Part shown: one piece after another, positions 13,020 to 25,030 of the stretch | How the letters are laid out: each line of letters begins with the position of its first letter | Position numbering within the stretch: position 1 is the stretch's first letter | Assembly (NCBI GenBank): GCA_951406725.2 | Contig: OX597827.1 | Location: 70,370,001-70,434,000 of the forward strand | DNA length: 64,000 nt | Direction of reading: 5' to 3' | Source of the DNA: Octopus vulgaris | Lineage: Eukaryota | Notes under the pieces: model-generated | Told to the model about the DNA's origin: nothing | What the model saw: only the letters and a program-made list of their open reading frames with translations | Databases searched by the model: none | Translations under genes and position numbers: made by a program

Positions 13020-13500
13020 AGAGGAATACGGTTGTGGTTAACAGCTTGGAGAGGAACGGGTGATGCCAAGCTAATTTGTTCATGATATATTCATGATGAT
13101 GATGACAACCCGGCCAGAACCTATACTGGATCAGCAATTACCTGGGTTAATATCAAAGAGTGAAAGGCAACGAGTTGGCAGAAACATTAGCACACTGGGC
13201 GAAATGCTTATTAGTACTTTGTCTGTCTTTACGTTCTGAGTTCAAATTCTGCCAAGGTCGACTTTGCCTTTCATCTTTTCAGGGTTGATAAATTAAGTAC
13301 CAGTTGTGTATTGGGGTCGATTTAAATGACTGGCCCCCTCCCCCAAAATTTTGGGCCTTGTGCCTAGAGTAGAAAAATATATCAAAGAGTGGATGAGCTT
13401 CAATTTCTCCAATTCACAGAGGGCAGAAGAAGACCAAGAGATGCAGAAAATCTGGTTGCGACATCATCAATGGATATCCTGATGGCCACACAGTCAGAGG
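13020..13500 (+). mobile_element. Decayed RTE-like LINE 3' end interrupted by a family A SINE (13163-13378)
   Basis: NIKEWMSFNFSNSQRAEEDQEM. The SINE is flanked by the direct repeat aatatcaaagagtg. Confidence 0.6.
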
Positions 13501-13853
13501 TAGGAAGGAAGGAGGGATTAATTTAAGGGTACAGAAGGCTGAGGAGCACTCGGGCATTTATGCTATGTAATTCAATGAATATGCAGTTCTGTTGATTGGA
13601 CAAGTGGAATTACTTGTTGTCAAAATTGACAGAGACCAATTTCTTCTGTTATGTATATGTATGTTTGTATATGTATTTTTGTGTGTATGGGTGTGTTTTT
13701 GATATGAGCATGCCAAATATATACATACATATATATATATATGTCTATATGCACACACACAGACAGACAGATTTAGACACACGCTCACATACACTCACAC
13801 ACATATGCATATGTATGTATATGTATATGGATCAATGTCTCTCTCTCTCTCTG

Positions 13854-13885
<32 letters not shown>

Positions 13886-13914
13886 CATGTCTGTGCATGT
13901 GTGTGTGTATGCAT

Positions 13915-13973
<59 letters not shown>

Positions 13974-14169
13974 CATACATACATACAAACATACATACAT
14001 ATATATATATTTATATATATATATATGTATATATGCATACATGCATACACACTCGCACACTTACATACATGCATATGAAAATGATGTATGCATGTATACA
14101 AATTTACAGCACAAGATAAATATAGAGAATTACAGCTCAATTGATTTGGAACAGAATTAGCCTAGGTGC

Positions 14170-14630
14170 GATGCAGTTTGGCTCAGAGCCAGGTGGAGCC
14201 ACTATCGATGCCATCTTCCTAGTGAGACAATGGCAAGAGATGTAGTTTGCTAGGTGGGAACCTCAGCACCTAACATTAATCGACCTGTAAAAGGCCTTTG
14301 TCAGGATTCCATGTTCTTTAATTTGGTGGCTGATAAGGACTACCACATTACATACCATAGGGCCACATGAACCATGTACTAAGATGCAGCCAGCAAGGTG
14401 AGAGTCAGCAATGAGTTTAGTAATGAATTTAGCATGCAGGTAGGTTCCGTTAGGGATCAGTTCTCGGCCCCATCTTATTTGTTATATTCCTCCAGCCCAT
14501 AACAGGGGATCTTAAGACTGACCGTATATGGGGATTCTTGTATACTGATGGCTTAGGACTAAGAACAGAATGTGTTGAAGATACAGAGAAGGGTTTTCAG
14601 ATAGGGACGCAAAACCTTGAATAAAGGGTC
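14170..14630 (+). pseudogene. Degenerate RTE reverse-transcriptase fragment
   Basis: MQFGSEPGGATIDAIFLVRQWQE..IDL*KAFVRIPCSLIWW..GSVLGPILFVI..LYTD; RT motifs with stops and frameshifts. Confidence 0.85.
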
Positions 14631-14639
14631 ATTAAATGT

Positions 14640-14809
14640 TACAGTTCTATATTTAAGAGATGAAGAATTTTGTACATTATTTACATTTGATGGATATTTG
14701 TCCCCAACTTGTTTGCTGTTGACACAACGTTTCGGCTGATATACCCTCCAGCCTTCATCAGGTGTCTTGGGGAATTTCGAACCTGGGTTCTCATTCCTAA
14801 GGTATTTTT
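14640..14809 (-). mobile_element. 3' part of a tRNA-head/hammerhead SINE, split by the LINE insertion
   Basis: Homologous to 40047-40272 and 49181-49420. Hammerhead at 14721-14766 (-): GACAC-CTGATGA-A-GGCTG..CAGCC-GAAA-CG-TT-GTGTC. Confidence 0.8.
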
Positions 14810-15726
14810 TTTCCAGGCGAGATGGTGTTTTTTACTAATGTGCTCTTTCGATAGTTTACTAATTTTGCCATTGATAAATTCGACCTCGGCGTTCAAGTAA
14901 GCCTCATCAAGATTCTTCCAAGAAGAAGTTCCAGACACCCAGCTGAGTACTTGACAGAAACTGACTTTGCTGACGACATCGCTCTTATCAGTGATTCTCT
15001 CTCCAATGCCCAGTCTCTTTTACAATCTCTTGAACAAGCCTCAAATTGTGTAGGTCTTTACCTCAATGAGACCAAAACTGAATACATAAACAAGTGCCTG
15101 TCCAACAGTGATTGCATCATCCACACTCTCAACAGTGCACCTTTAAATATGGTTTCTGATTATAAATATCTTGGGTCATACATATCATCATCTGGAAAAG
15201 ACTTTCTAACTAGAAAGGGTATGGCCTGGTCAGCCTGTAATGACATGCATAAGATCTGGTCATCAAATCTAAGTAGAGACTTCAAACTTGAAATATTCAA
15301 AGCCACAGTCGAACCAATCCTACTATATGGCTCAGAAACCTGGACGTTATCAAAGAAGCTTGAGAGGCGGTTGGATGGAACCTACACTCGCCTCCTTATG
15401 AGAGCTCAAAATCTCTCGTGGAGGCGCCATCCAACTAAAATGCAAATATATGGGAAATTACCACCTGTGTCATCTCTTGTGAAAGGTAGGAGAGTCCAGT
15501 TTGCTGGACATTGTTGTAGAGCTGAAAAAGAAGTAATTTCTACTCTTCTCCTCTGGAAGCCATCTACTCGCAACACCAGAGGGCGCACACTCTCCTACCC
15601 TGATGTAATCTCCAGGGATACAGGCATCCAGCAACAGGACCTCCGTAATGCTATGATGGACCGTGAAGTCTGGCGCAACATGGTAAATTCCATTGTCTCG
15701 ACCACGGTCGAACAATGATGATGATG
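14810..15726 (+). mobile_element. Young 5'-truncated, 5'-inverted RTE-group (RTE-X-like) LINE
   Basis: Open RT C-terminal frame, (tga)n tail, TSD aaggtattttt at 14799-14809 and 15727-15737, and an inverted 5' segment at ~14810-14945. Confidence 0.9.
14951..15718 (+). CDS. Reverse transcriptase C-terminal portion of a LINE (5'-truncated, not a complete gene)
   Basis: DFADDIAL, GLYLNETKTE, YKYLGS, ILLYGSETW and FAGHCCR motifs; 255 aa without stops. Confidence 0.9.
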   Translation: MTETDFADDIALISDSLSNAQSLLQSLEQASNCVGLYLNETKTEYINKCLSNSDCIIHTLNSAPLNMVSDYKYLGSYISSSGKDFLTRKGMAWSACNDMHKIWSSNLSRDFKLEIFKATVEPILLYGSETWTLSKKLERRLDGTYTRLLMRAQNLSWRRHPTKMQIYGKLPPVSSLVKGRRVQFAGHCCRAEKEVISTLLLWKPSTRNTRGRTLSYPDVISRDTGIQQQDLRNAMMDREVWRNMVNSIVSTTVEQ

Positions 15727-15749
15727 AAGGTATTTTTCGTTGTTGTTGT

Positions 15750-15832
15750 TATGGCGTAGTGGTTAAGAGCGTGGGCTACTAACCCCAAGATTCCAAGTTC
15801 ATTTCCAGGCAGCGACCTGAATAATAATAAAA
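15750..15832 (+). mobile_element. tRNA-like head of the hammerhead SINE, inverted relative to its body at 14640-14809
   Basis: tggcgtagtggttaagagcgtgggctactaaccccaagattccaagttc. Confidence 0.75.
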
Positions 15833-16449
15833 CCATCCTTTCTTTTCTCTTGTTTTTGCCAGCTGAGTGGACTGGAGCAACGTGAAATAAAGTGTCTTGC
15901 TCAAGGACACAATACATCACCGGGAATTGAACTCACGCCCTTGCGATCATAAGCTGAATACCCTAACCACTAAGCCATGCTCCTTCACACATCATCATTC
16001 CCCTCCTTTCCTTTCTGAACCACTCCCTTTATCTCCCACCTTATCCCTCCACATACAGGCGTTTCCCATCATCAGCACCCACACCTTTATTCATCACTCA
16101 CAGCATTGACCTCTACTTCCACCTGTTCTACTCTCCCCTCACACTCTTATGTAAGCAACCATTGCCTCATCCCCTCCCATGATCCACTGTCCATGTCCTC
16201 TCTTATGCTCACCTTCTTGTTCCTTGAGAGTTTGCTCTTGTCCCCATCACTACCTTCCTCTTATCTCCTTCAGCCATGTACCTCCTCTATAACAAAACAC
16301 CTGTGCTTGTCCCTCCATCATACCTTTACCCTTTCAACACCTGGCATCCTGCCTCCCACCCACCTCCCTCCCCCATATACTTCCTCTTAGTATGGATTCT
16401 GGTTTAAAATCCTGCCAAGGTAAAAGGTTTTTGCTTGTTATGGCGAGTC

Positions 16450-17000
16450 ATAATCATCATCATCATTTAACATCTGTTTTCTGTGCTAGCACAGGTTGGA
16501 CGGTTCGACCGGGGTCTGGGAAGCCAGGAGGCTGCACCAGGCTCCAGTCTGATTTGGCAGTGTTTCTACAGCTGTATGCCCTTCCAAATGCCAACCACTC
16601 CGTGAGTGTAGTGGGTGCTTTTTAGATGCCACCGGCACAGGTGCCAGGGGAGGCTGGCAGCGGCCATGATCGGTTGGTGCTTTTTATGTGCCACCGGCAC
16701 AGAAGCCAGTCAAGGCAGCGCTGGCATTGGCCACGTTCAGATGGTGCTTTTTACGTGCCACTGGCACAGGTATCACAACTATAATTTCCGTTTGATAAAT
16801 ATCAAACGGAAATTATAGTTGTGATGTTGATGTACTTGACTCAATAGGTCTCCTCAAGCACAGCAGGTCACCCTATGATCCAAGGTAAGCACAGCAGGTC
16901 ATTCTGCAATCCAAGGGACTTTGGATGGGCTGGGGCTGCGATGTGAAGCTGGTGCAGGAAACAACCATGAACTCACATTATTTGTCGGGTCTTTGCATGT
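16450..17000 (-). mobile_element. Family C / RTE 3' end containing a perfect palindrome
   Basis: Family C core; RTE-like tcctcaagcacagc segment; palindrome at 16772-16825. Confidence 0.75.
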
Positions 17001-17330
17001 TGGTGATATTAAAAAAAAGTAACAAAAAACCCCCAGTTTAACACACAATTGTAATTAACTTCACTTCCTATTTTCCAGGGCTCAATAAAAAAAAGTCAAT
17101 TAATTAAATGAGGTATTAATTTATTTCTCTTTTATCTTTTATTTGATTCAGTCATTAGACTGTGGCCATCCTGGAGCACAACCTTGAGGAAGGTTTAGTC
17201 AAGTGAATCGACTGCTAAGTTACAGGGATATAAACACACTGACTCCATTTGTTAAGTGATGGCGGTGGTGGACAAAAACAGACACAATGACCTACATATC
17301 TATCTGTCTATCTGTCTGTTTATCTATCTG

Positions 17331-17421
<91 letters not shown>

Positions 17422-17691
17422 CTCTCTCTATATATATATATATATATAAATATTTATTTCTACACTAGGTACAAAGCTTTGAAAATTTTAGGGGGTGGGG
17501 GAGGCGGGGCTAGTCGATTACATCGACCCCAGTGCATAACTGGTACTTAATTTATCGACCCCGAAAGGATGAAAGGCAAGTCAACCTCGGCGGAATTTGA
17601 ACCTTGAAAGTAACGGCAAACGAAATACCACTAAGCATTTCGCCTGGCATGCTAATGGATCTGCTAGCTTGCTGTCCTTATCTATATATAA

Positions 17692-17722
<31 letters not shown>

Positions 17723-17859
17723 TACACACACACATATATATATATATGAATATAGATATAGATAGATAGATACATAGATAGATGTATACATGTATATATG
17801 TATGTGTGTGTATATATATATATATACACACACACATATACATACATACCCAAACACAA

Positions 17860-18103
17860 ATCACAAAAATATCACAATAAACTGCTACCCAGAGTTTCAC
17901 GTTCCTGTTCTTTGGACAGTTTAGCTTGAGAATGGGTTCAATCTAAACTGTCCAACAAATTGGAACGGAAAACTCTGAGTAGCAGTTTATTGTGATATTC
18001 TTGTGATGTTTTTGCAGCTTTAATAATAAAGCATATTACTCTACCTCTGGTACTCGAGTACTATTTTTTACCCCACCTTGTTTCACATTTATGTGCTTAC
18101 TTT

Positions 18104-18105
<2 letters not shown>
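17860..18105. mobile_element. Penelope-like fragment with head-to-head inverted arms
   Basis: Inverted repeat at 17860-18006; 18020-18105 is the reverse complement of 42097-42180; sits in (TA)n. Confidence 0.65.
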
Positions 18106-18146
<41 letters not shown>

Positions 18147-18350
18147 CATATATATATATAGAGAGTATTGTAGTTCGCTTGAAGCATTGTGTATAGTTTA
18201 TAAAGAATAAAAAGTTTTGAATGGTACAACAATGCACTATAATACAGACAATGGGCTATATATATACCTGTTGTAATTTAATCATCCATAAAATTACAAC
18301 AGGTATATAGCCAATTGTTTGTATTATAGCGCATTGTTGTACCATTCAAA

Positions 18351-18394
<44 letters not shown>

Positions 18395-18505
18395 TATATA
18401 TATATATAAACTTACTGTTAACAAAAGTTGGGATGCATGGTGTTCAGTTACTCAATAAATGATAAATGCATTAATATTTAATGCATTTTTCATTTATATA
18501 TACAT

Positions 18506-18603
<98 letters not shown>

Positions 18604-18604
<1 letters not shown>

Positions 18605-18850
18605 GAGGCACGTGGCTTAGTGGTTAGGGTGTCAGCATCATGATCGTAAGATTGTGGTTTCGATTCCTAGACCGGGCAATGCGTTGTGTTCTTGAGCAAA
18701 ACACTTTATTTCATGTTGATCCAGTCCACTCATCTGGCAAAAATGAGTAATGCAATGGACTGGTGTCCCATCCAGCTGGGGAACACATACGACATAGAAA
18801 CCGGGAATCAGGCCCATGAGCCTGATTAAGCTTTAAAAGGGTGCATATCA
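18604..18850 (+). mobile_element. tRNA-SINE family D
   Basis: ggcacgtggcttagtggttagggtg...ggtttcgattcc...tgtgttcttgagcaaaacac. Relatives at 15850-15980 (-), 55810 and 59478-59960. Confidence 0.8.
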
Positions 18851-20740
18851 TTATATTTAGTTTATTCACTGTGATAATTATGATTATGGTGATGAAATTA
18901 AATCATCTTTTTCTAACTGATGTCCACATTTTTGTGTCCTATGTGTATATTTTGTGTTATCTGAAGCAAAGTTTTAAAATGAGCATCCAATAATACTATA
19001 TTTGTTCCACGTCCTCGCGTTGTTGTGTTTTGTGCTTTCTTGTATGGATTAACTTTATATATATATATATATATATGACAAGATTTTTTCAGTTTCTGGT
19101 TGGCCCAAGGTTATAGTAGAAGACACTTGCCCAAGATGCCACACAGTGGAACTGAACCCAGAACCGTGTGGTTTGGAAGCAAACTCCTTACCACACATCA
19201 ACACCTGTGTCTACCTGCAGTGCCAGTCTCAATTCCTCCTATCTGCACAGTTTGACCAATGTTCTCTCATGGGGAATATTTATCTCTTATTCATCTACGC
19301 ACAGTCTCCGAAGGTCATTATTGACCACGCATCTACACATGTATGTGCAGGCCCAGACAAGATTTCCTAAGGTTGGCTGGTAGCTGCCCGTACATGCTGG
19401 TCTCTCCTCTCACCACTTTACCGTTGTTTATCTGCTCGGGTCAATACAACCAGCTCTAGTGTCGTTTGCAAGTATTGCAATCAGAATACAAAGAACTAGA
19501 ATAAGCACAACAAGGCACTTTACCACACACTCATTGCTCTACTGATTCCACTGATCCAAAGTTTTGGATTGGTACTACTTTGTCAACGTTGCAAAGAGGA
19601 AAAGAAGAAAATGACCTTGGCAGGATTTGAACACAGAACACAGTGAATTAGAACAAGTTCTGTTAATCATTTGCTCAAACAGTCAAGTGGTTCTGTCACT
19701 TTATTGTCTTCGTCTTCGTTTACGTCAAATAAAATTAATAAAACAATATCTAATTGCGTACAAAGTATGGGAAAGGAAAAGAAATGAAATAAATTTAATC
19801 ATTACAAACAGGACACTGCTGCAGGGTTTCAAGGCCAGCAATATTTTGAGGGGAGGGGGACAAGTTGATTATATCAACCCAAATACTTGATTGGTACTTT
19901 ATTTTACCAACCCTGAAAGGATGAAAGGTAAAGTTGACCTTGGCTGGATTTGAAATGAGCTGGTAAAGAACCAGAGAAGATAATCCTTTATGATATAAAC
20001 ACAAGGCTTCAAATTTTTGATGGAAGGGGTCAGTCGGTTACATCAACACCAGTTCTAAGGGCGGCAAGCTGGCAGAAACGTTAGCACGCTGGGCAAAATG
20101 CTTAGCGGTATTTCGTCTGCGGCTACGTTCTGAGTTCATATGATCTGACCACTAAGAAAAGATTGTTCTCAAGAAAATTCTGGCATTTGCTAAATTTTCT
20201 TAAGAGCAATCTTTTCTTAGTGGTCAGACCATATGGGGTCTACATCTAGCATATAGGATGTCCACTTAGTGGTCATTCCTCTTATATGTATGTAATATGA
20301 ATACATATATATATATATGTTTACACATATATCAAAAGGATGTGTTATAATACTATTCCACATATACAAAAACAGCCATACCAGCAATCCAACATATGTC
20401 CATCATCAGCTGCCACATAGATATCATTATGGTTTCGACACCTGGGCAGTACCATTCAATCTGGTGGTGTAACAGCACTAAAATAAGTTTTGTTTGGGAA
20501 CAAACATACCAAAAAATTAAACACACAACATTCAAACACATTTACCCTATGTACAACAGTATCTGTAAATAAATTCAATAACCAACTCCAAAACACGTAA
20601 CTAAACAGCAACCAAACCTTTAAGTCACACAAAAAATGTATAATGATAATATAATAATATTATAATAATAATAATATGAAGGAATATTATTCCAAACTTA
20701 CAGGGAAAAATTCAATTTAGAAATACTAAATCAAATTTCA

Positions 20741-20789
<49 letters not shown>

Positions 20790-20931
20790 TTATTCATTTT
20801 TTGCCCATTACTTAATCATTGATACATGTTTTTATCTTATATTTAATTTTTCTATAAGATGTAATTTTTTCTAAATGGTATAATTTAATTTTTTCATTGT
20901 TGAATTGATAAAAGGTGATTTTTTTTTTCTA

Positions 20932-20977
<46 letters not shown>

Positions 20978-21257
20978 GTCTGCCAGCCTCGTCTGGCACC
21001 TGTGTCGGTGGCACATAAAAAACACCATCCGAGCGTGGCCGTCTGCCAGCTTCGTCTGGCACCTGTGTCGGTGGCACATAAAATCACCCACTACACTCTC
21101 GGAGTGGTTGGCGTTAGGAAGGGCATCCAGCTGTAGAAACACTGCCAGATCTGACTGGCCTGGTGCAGCCTTCGGGCTTGCCAGACCCCAGTTGAACCGT
21201 CCAACCCATGCTAGCATGGAAAGCGGACGTTAAACGATGATGATGATGATGATGATG
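20978..21257 (+). mobile_element. Family C element with (gat)n tail
   Basis: Reverse complement of the family C core. Confidence 0.85.
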
Positions 21258-21504
21258 ATACATATATGTATGTATACATACATATATACGTACATACAGA
21301 TATACACACACACACACACATATGTGTGTGTATATGGTATCATTTGCTCCTAATTTTCCATGGAAAACATGCCTGGTCATGAGGAGATATTGCCTTACTT
21401 GGAAGCAGGTGAGGGCCAGCAATAAAGAGGGGCATCTTGCTGTTGAAAACTGACCCCAATAAATTCTGTCTGACCCTTGTAACCATGGAAATATGGCTGT
21501 AAAA

Positions 21505-21813
21505 ATAATGGCGATGATGATGATGATGACAATGTCAAAGACAAAGTTGATGACCATAATGATGATGATGATGATGACGATGACAACGACAACGATGACA
21601 ATGATGATGACGATAATGATGATGATGATGATGATGACGATGACAACGACAACGATGACAATGATGATGACGATAATGATGATGATGATGATGATGACGA
21701 TGACAACGACAACGATGACAATGATGATGACGATAATGATGATGATGATGACAACGACGATGATGATGATGACGATGATGATGACGACGACGACAACGAA
21801 GATGATGATGATG
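21505..21813. repeat. (GAT/GAC)n microsatellite with a 60-bp higher-order period
   Basis: Lines starting at 21601 and 21661 are identical; the line starting at 21721 matches for its first 30 nt. Confidence 0.9.
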
Positions 21814-23449
21814 CCTACAGTCTTAAACTGTGTCTGGCCTTGTGCCACAAGTGTAAGAAAGCATTTTTATCGCATTATGAACGACTAAAGCCTGTCCTGT
21901 TTGAGTCCCATGATGAAATTGGTGTCTTGCTTCATTATTCATTATTCATTATTCATGCACTTGTCACACTTCAGTATACAACCTTTGATTAATGTTTTGT
22001 CAACCATCCCAGACTGCCACACCTCCACAACTCCATCTCTGTCTCCCAATCTGACTCCTTCTCTCTTTCTCTCTCCCCTCTTCCCTAACTCTCTCCCCTT
22101 ATCTCTCTTTCTGTCTCTCTCTCCCTCTCTCTTTCTATTTCTCTTTCCAGTCTCTCTCTCTCTCGCTTTCTTTCTTTCTTTGCCTCTCTCTCCCCTCTCC
22201 CCTTTCTTTCTTTCTTTTCTTTTTTTCTTTGCCTCTGTCTGTCTGCCTCTCTCTCCTTTCTTTCTTTTCTTTTTTCTTTGCCTCTGTCTGTCTGCCTCTC
22301 TCCCCTTTCTTTCTTTCTTTGTCTCTCTGTCTCCTCTCGCTTGCTTTCTTTCTTTCTTTCTCCCCCCATCTCTCCCTCCCTCATCAACTCGAAGCTTTTT
22401 ACATATTCCTTTCTACTTTCTACTTAGCAGTATTTCTTCTGTCTCTACGTTCTGAATTCAATTGCTGCTGGAGTCGACTTTGCCTTTCATCCTTTCAGGA
22501 TAGATAAATTAAGATCTAATTGACTGACCCTTTTCCCCAAAATTTCAGGCCTTGTGCCTAGAGTAGAAAAGAATCAATCAAAATTATTATTAGTATATGT
22601 TTCTTTACAAAATTATTATTAGTATGCTGGGAAAAACATTTAATGATATTTTGTCTGTCTTTACATTCTGTCTTCAAATTCTGCCAAGGTCAATTTTACT
22701 TTTCATCTTTTTGGGGTTGATAAAATAAGTACCAGTTATTACCGGAGGTTGATGTAATTGATTTACCCTCTCCCCTGAAATTGCTGGCCTTGTGCCAGAA
22801 TTTGAAACCATTATGAGGCTGACATTTAAAATATGAAAGGTTTTAATTTGGATCACTTTAAAATTGGAAGTTGCTATCGATAAACCAGGGGCAGTCTCTG
22901 GTGGGTTGGTATCAAAAGGGCTAAAACAGGGACTTAGGTACTCACAGCCACACAACTGTTTCTTTTTGATATGTGTCCTGGTTGTGGAATAGTGACTAGT
23001 GTGCCTCAATGACCCTGAGAGCTATGCTAGCAGTGCACAGGCTTCTGATATAGCCAGCTATACTGGACAGGTCAAAGGACAGAGGCTAGACTAATATGGT
23101 CTACCTATCTTCCTGGAGGTAAATATGGGTTTGCATAGGGCCAACATCCCTACTTAAAGAAGCAAAGTTACAGAAGCATTAGTGACAACTCAAAGCCAAC
23201 AAGACCTGGAAGAGAAAGACCTTCCCTCGGGGAAACATATGAACCCATAAGTGAGGTGAATGAGAGAACACCTTAAAAGTAGATGGAGGCAGGAGGCTGA
23301 GGCAGAGAAGAAGAGACAGGGATTCAACTGGAGAGAAACAAAAAAGCAGGGATTCAACCGGAGAGAAGTCCAGGACCAACTTATGTTCCATAGAGAATGA
23401 AGGGCTTAAGTAGTAAGCAAGTAAGAGCTTAATCAGGATATGTCAAGAT

Positions 23450-23690
23450 GGTGTGAGCTGACAATAAGCTACTGACTGAACAAGAGGTGGATGGAGACCA
23501 AAGCTGGGAAGTTTCACCAGATTTGCTTGCCAGACATGGTTAGTCGAAAGCCTTGCTGATACTGATGGCAACAATGCTGTTCTCTTCAGATTTCTTGATG
23601 GTAAAAGACTACAAGTGAATGACAAGAAATACCTCTCTCCAGTAGATCTAACAATAGTAGCAACCCTAGTGAAGCTGAAAGGCAAAAGTT
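23450..23690 (-). pseudogene. Degenerate Jockey/CR1-type RT fragment
   Basis: Minus strand, with frameshifts: RSTGE..SIVAISISKAFD*..HVWQANLVKLPSFGLHPPLVQ. Confidence 0.65.
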
Positions 23691-24184
23691 TTAGAGATGA
23701 TTTTTCTAGTTTGTGTGGTATGTTGTTGTATGTGAAATGTGTGGTAAACTGTTAACTTGTTTCAGTCATTAGACTGTGGCCATGCTGGGGCAGTCCAACC
23801 CATGCCAGCGTGGACAATGGACGTTAAGTGATGATGATGATGATGATGATGGTGGTGATCTATGTTTAAAACATAATACAGGAAAAAAAAAAATAATTAG
23901 AAATCATTAAAAAAGAAATCAAATCAAAAGCGAAAAGGTTGCAACCGGTTGCATATTGCGAAACTGAGATGGAGAAGTGGAAAAAAAAAATGGGAAAAAA
24001 TTGGAAATTTTTGGAAAATGTTTCCGCAGAATAGTATTCTCTGATGTTTAAAATATAAAATCCGAAGAAATTTTCGACAAATATACAAAAATAAGAAACA
24101 TCAATGGGTTGGGAGGTGCTTATTCTGAAACTACGTAGGAGCAATGTTTTAATCTAAGATACGACTATTATTTTGCGTACCTAA

Positions 24185-25030
24185 GGGCGGCGAGCTGGCA
24201 GAAACGTTAGCACGCCGGGTGAAATGCTTAGCAGTATTTCGTCTGCCGTTACGTTCTGAGTTCAATTTCCGCCGAGTCGACTTTGCCTTTCATCCTTTCG
24301 GGGTCGATTAAATAAGTACCAGTTATGCACTAGGGTCGATGTAATCGACTTAATCCGTTTGTCTGTCCTTGTTTGTCCACTCTGTGTTTAGCCCCTTGTG
24401 GGTAGTAAAGAAATAGGTATTTCGTCTGCCGTTACTTTCTGAGTTCAAATTCCGCCGAGGTCGACTTTGCCTTTCATCCTTTTGGGGTCGATAAATTAAG
24501 TACCAGTTACGCACTGGGGTTGATGTAATCAACTTAATACCTTTGTCTGTCCTTGTTTGTCCCCTCTATGTTTAGCCCCTTGTGGGCAACAAAGAAACAA
24601 GAATCGTTCGCGCGCCGGACAAAATGCCTAGCGGTATTTATTGATTTAAGGCGGCGAGCTAGCAGAATCGTTAGCACGTCGGGCGAAATGCTTAGCGGTA
24701 TTTCGTCTGCCGTTACGTTGTGAGTTCAAATTCCGCCGAGATCGACTTTGCCTTTCATCCTATCGGGGTCGATAAATTAAGTACCAGTTAAGCACTGGAG
24801 TCGATATAATCGACTTAATACTTATGTCTGTCCATGTTTGTCCCCTCTATGTTCAGCCCCTTGTGGGTAATAAAGAAATAGGTATTTATTCTGATTTATT
24901 ACGTTCTGAGATCAAATTCCTTTGAGGTCGACTTTGTCTTTCATTCTTTCGGGGTCGATAACATACACGTAATCGACTAGCCCCATCCATCAATATTTCA
25001 GGCCTTGTACTAGCATTAGACAGAATTATT
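24185..25030 (+). mobile_element. Array of young family A SINE units
   Basis: Four Nin-like cores with CpGs intact. Confidence 0.9.

Noticed and set aside
20395-20445. CTGATGA and CGAAAC on the minus strand as a hammerhead
   Set aside because: I could not build consistent stems.
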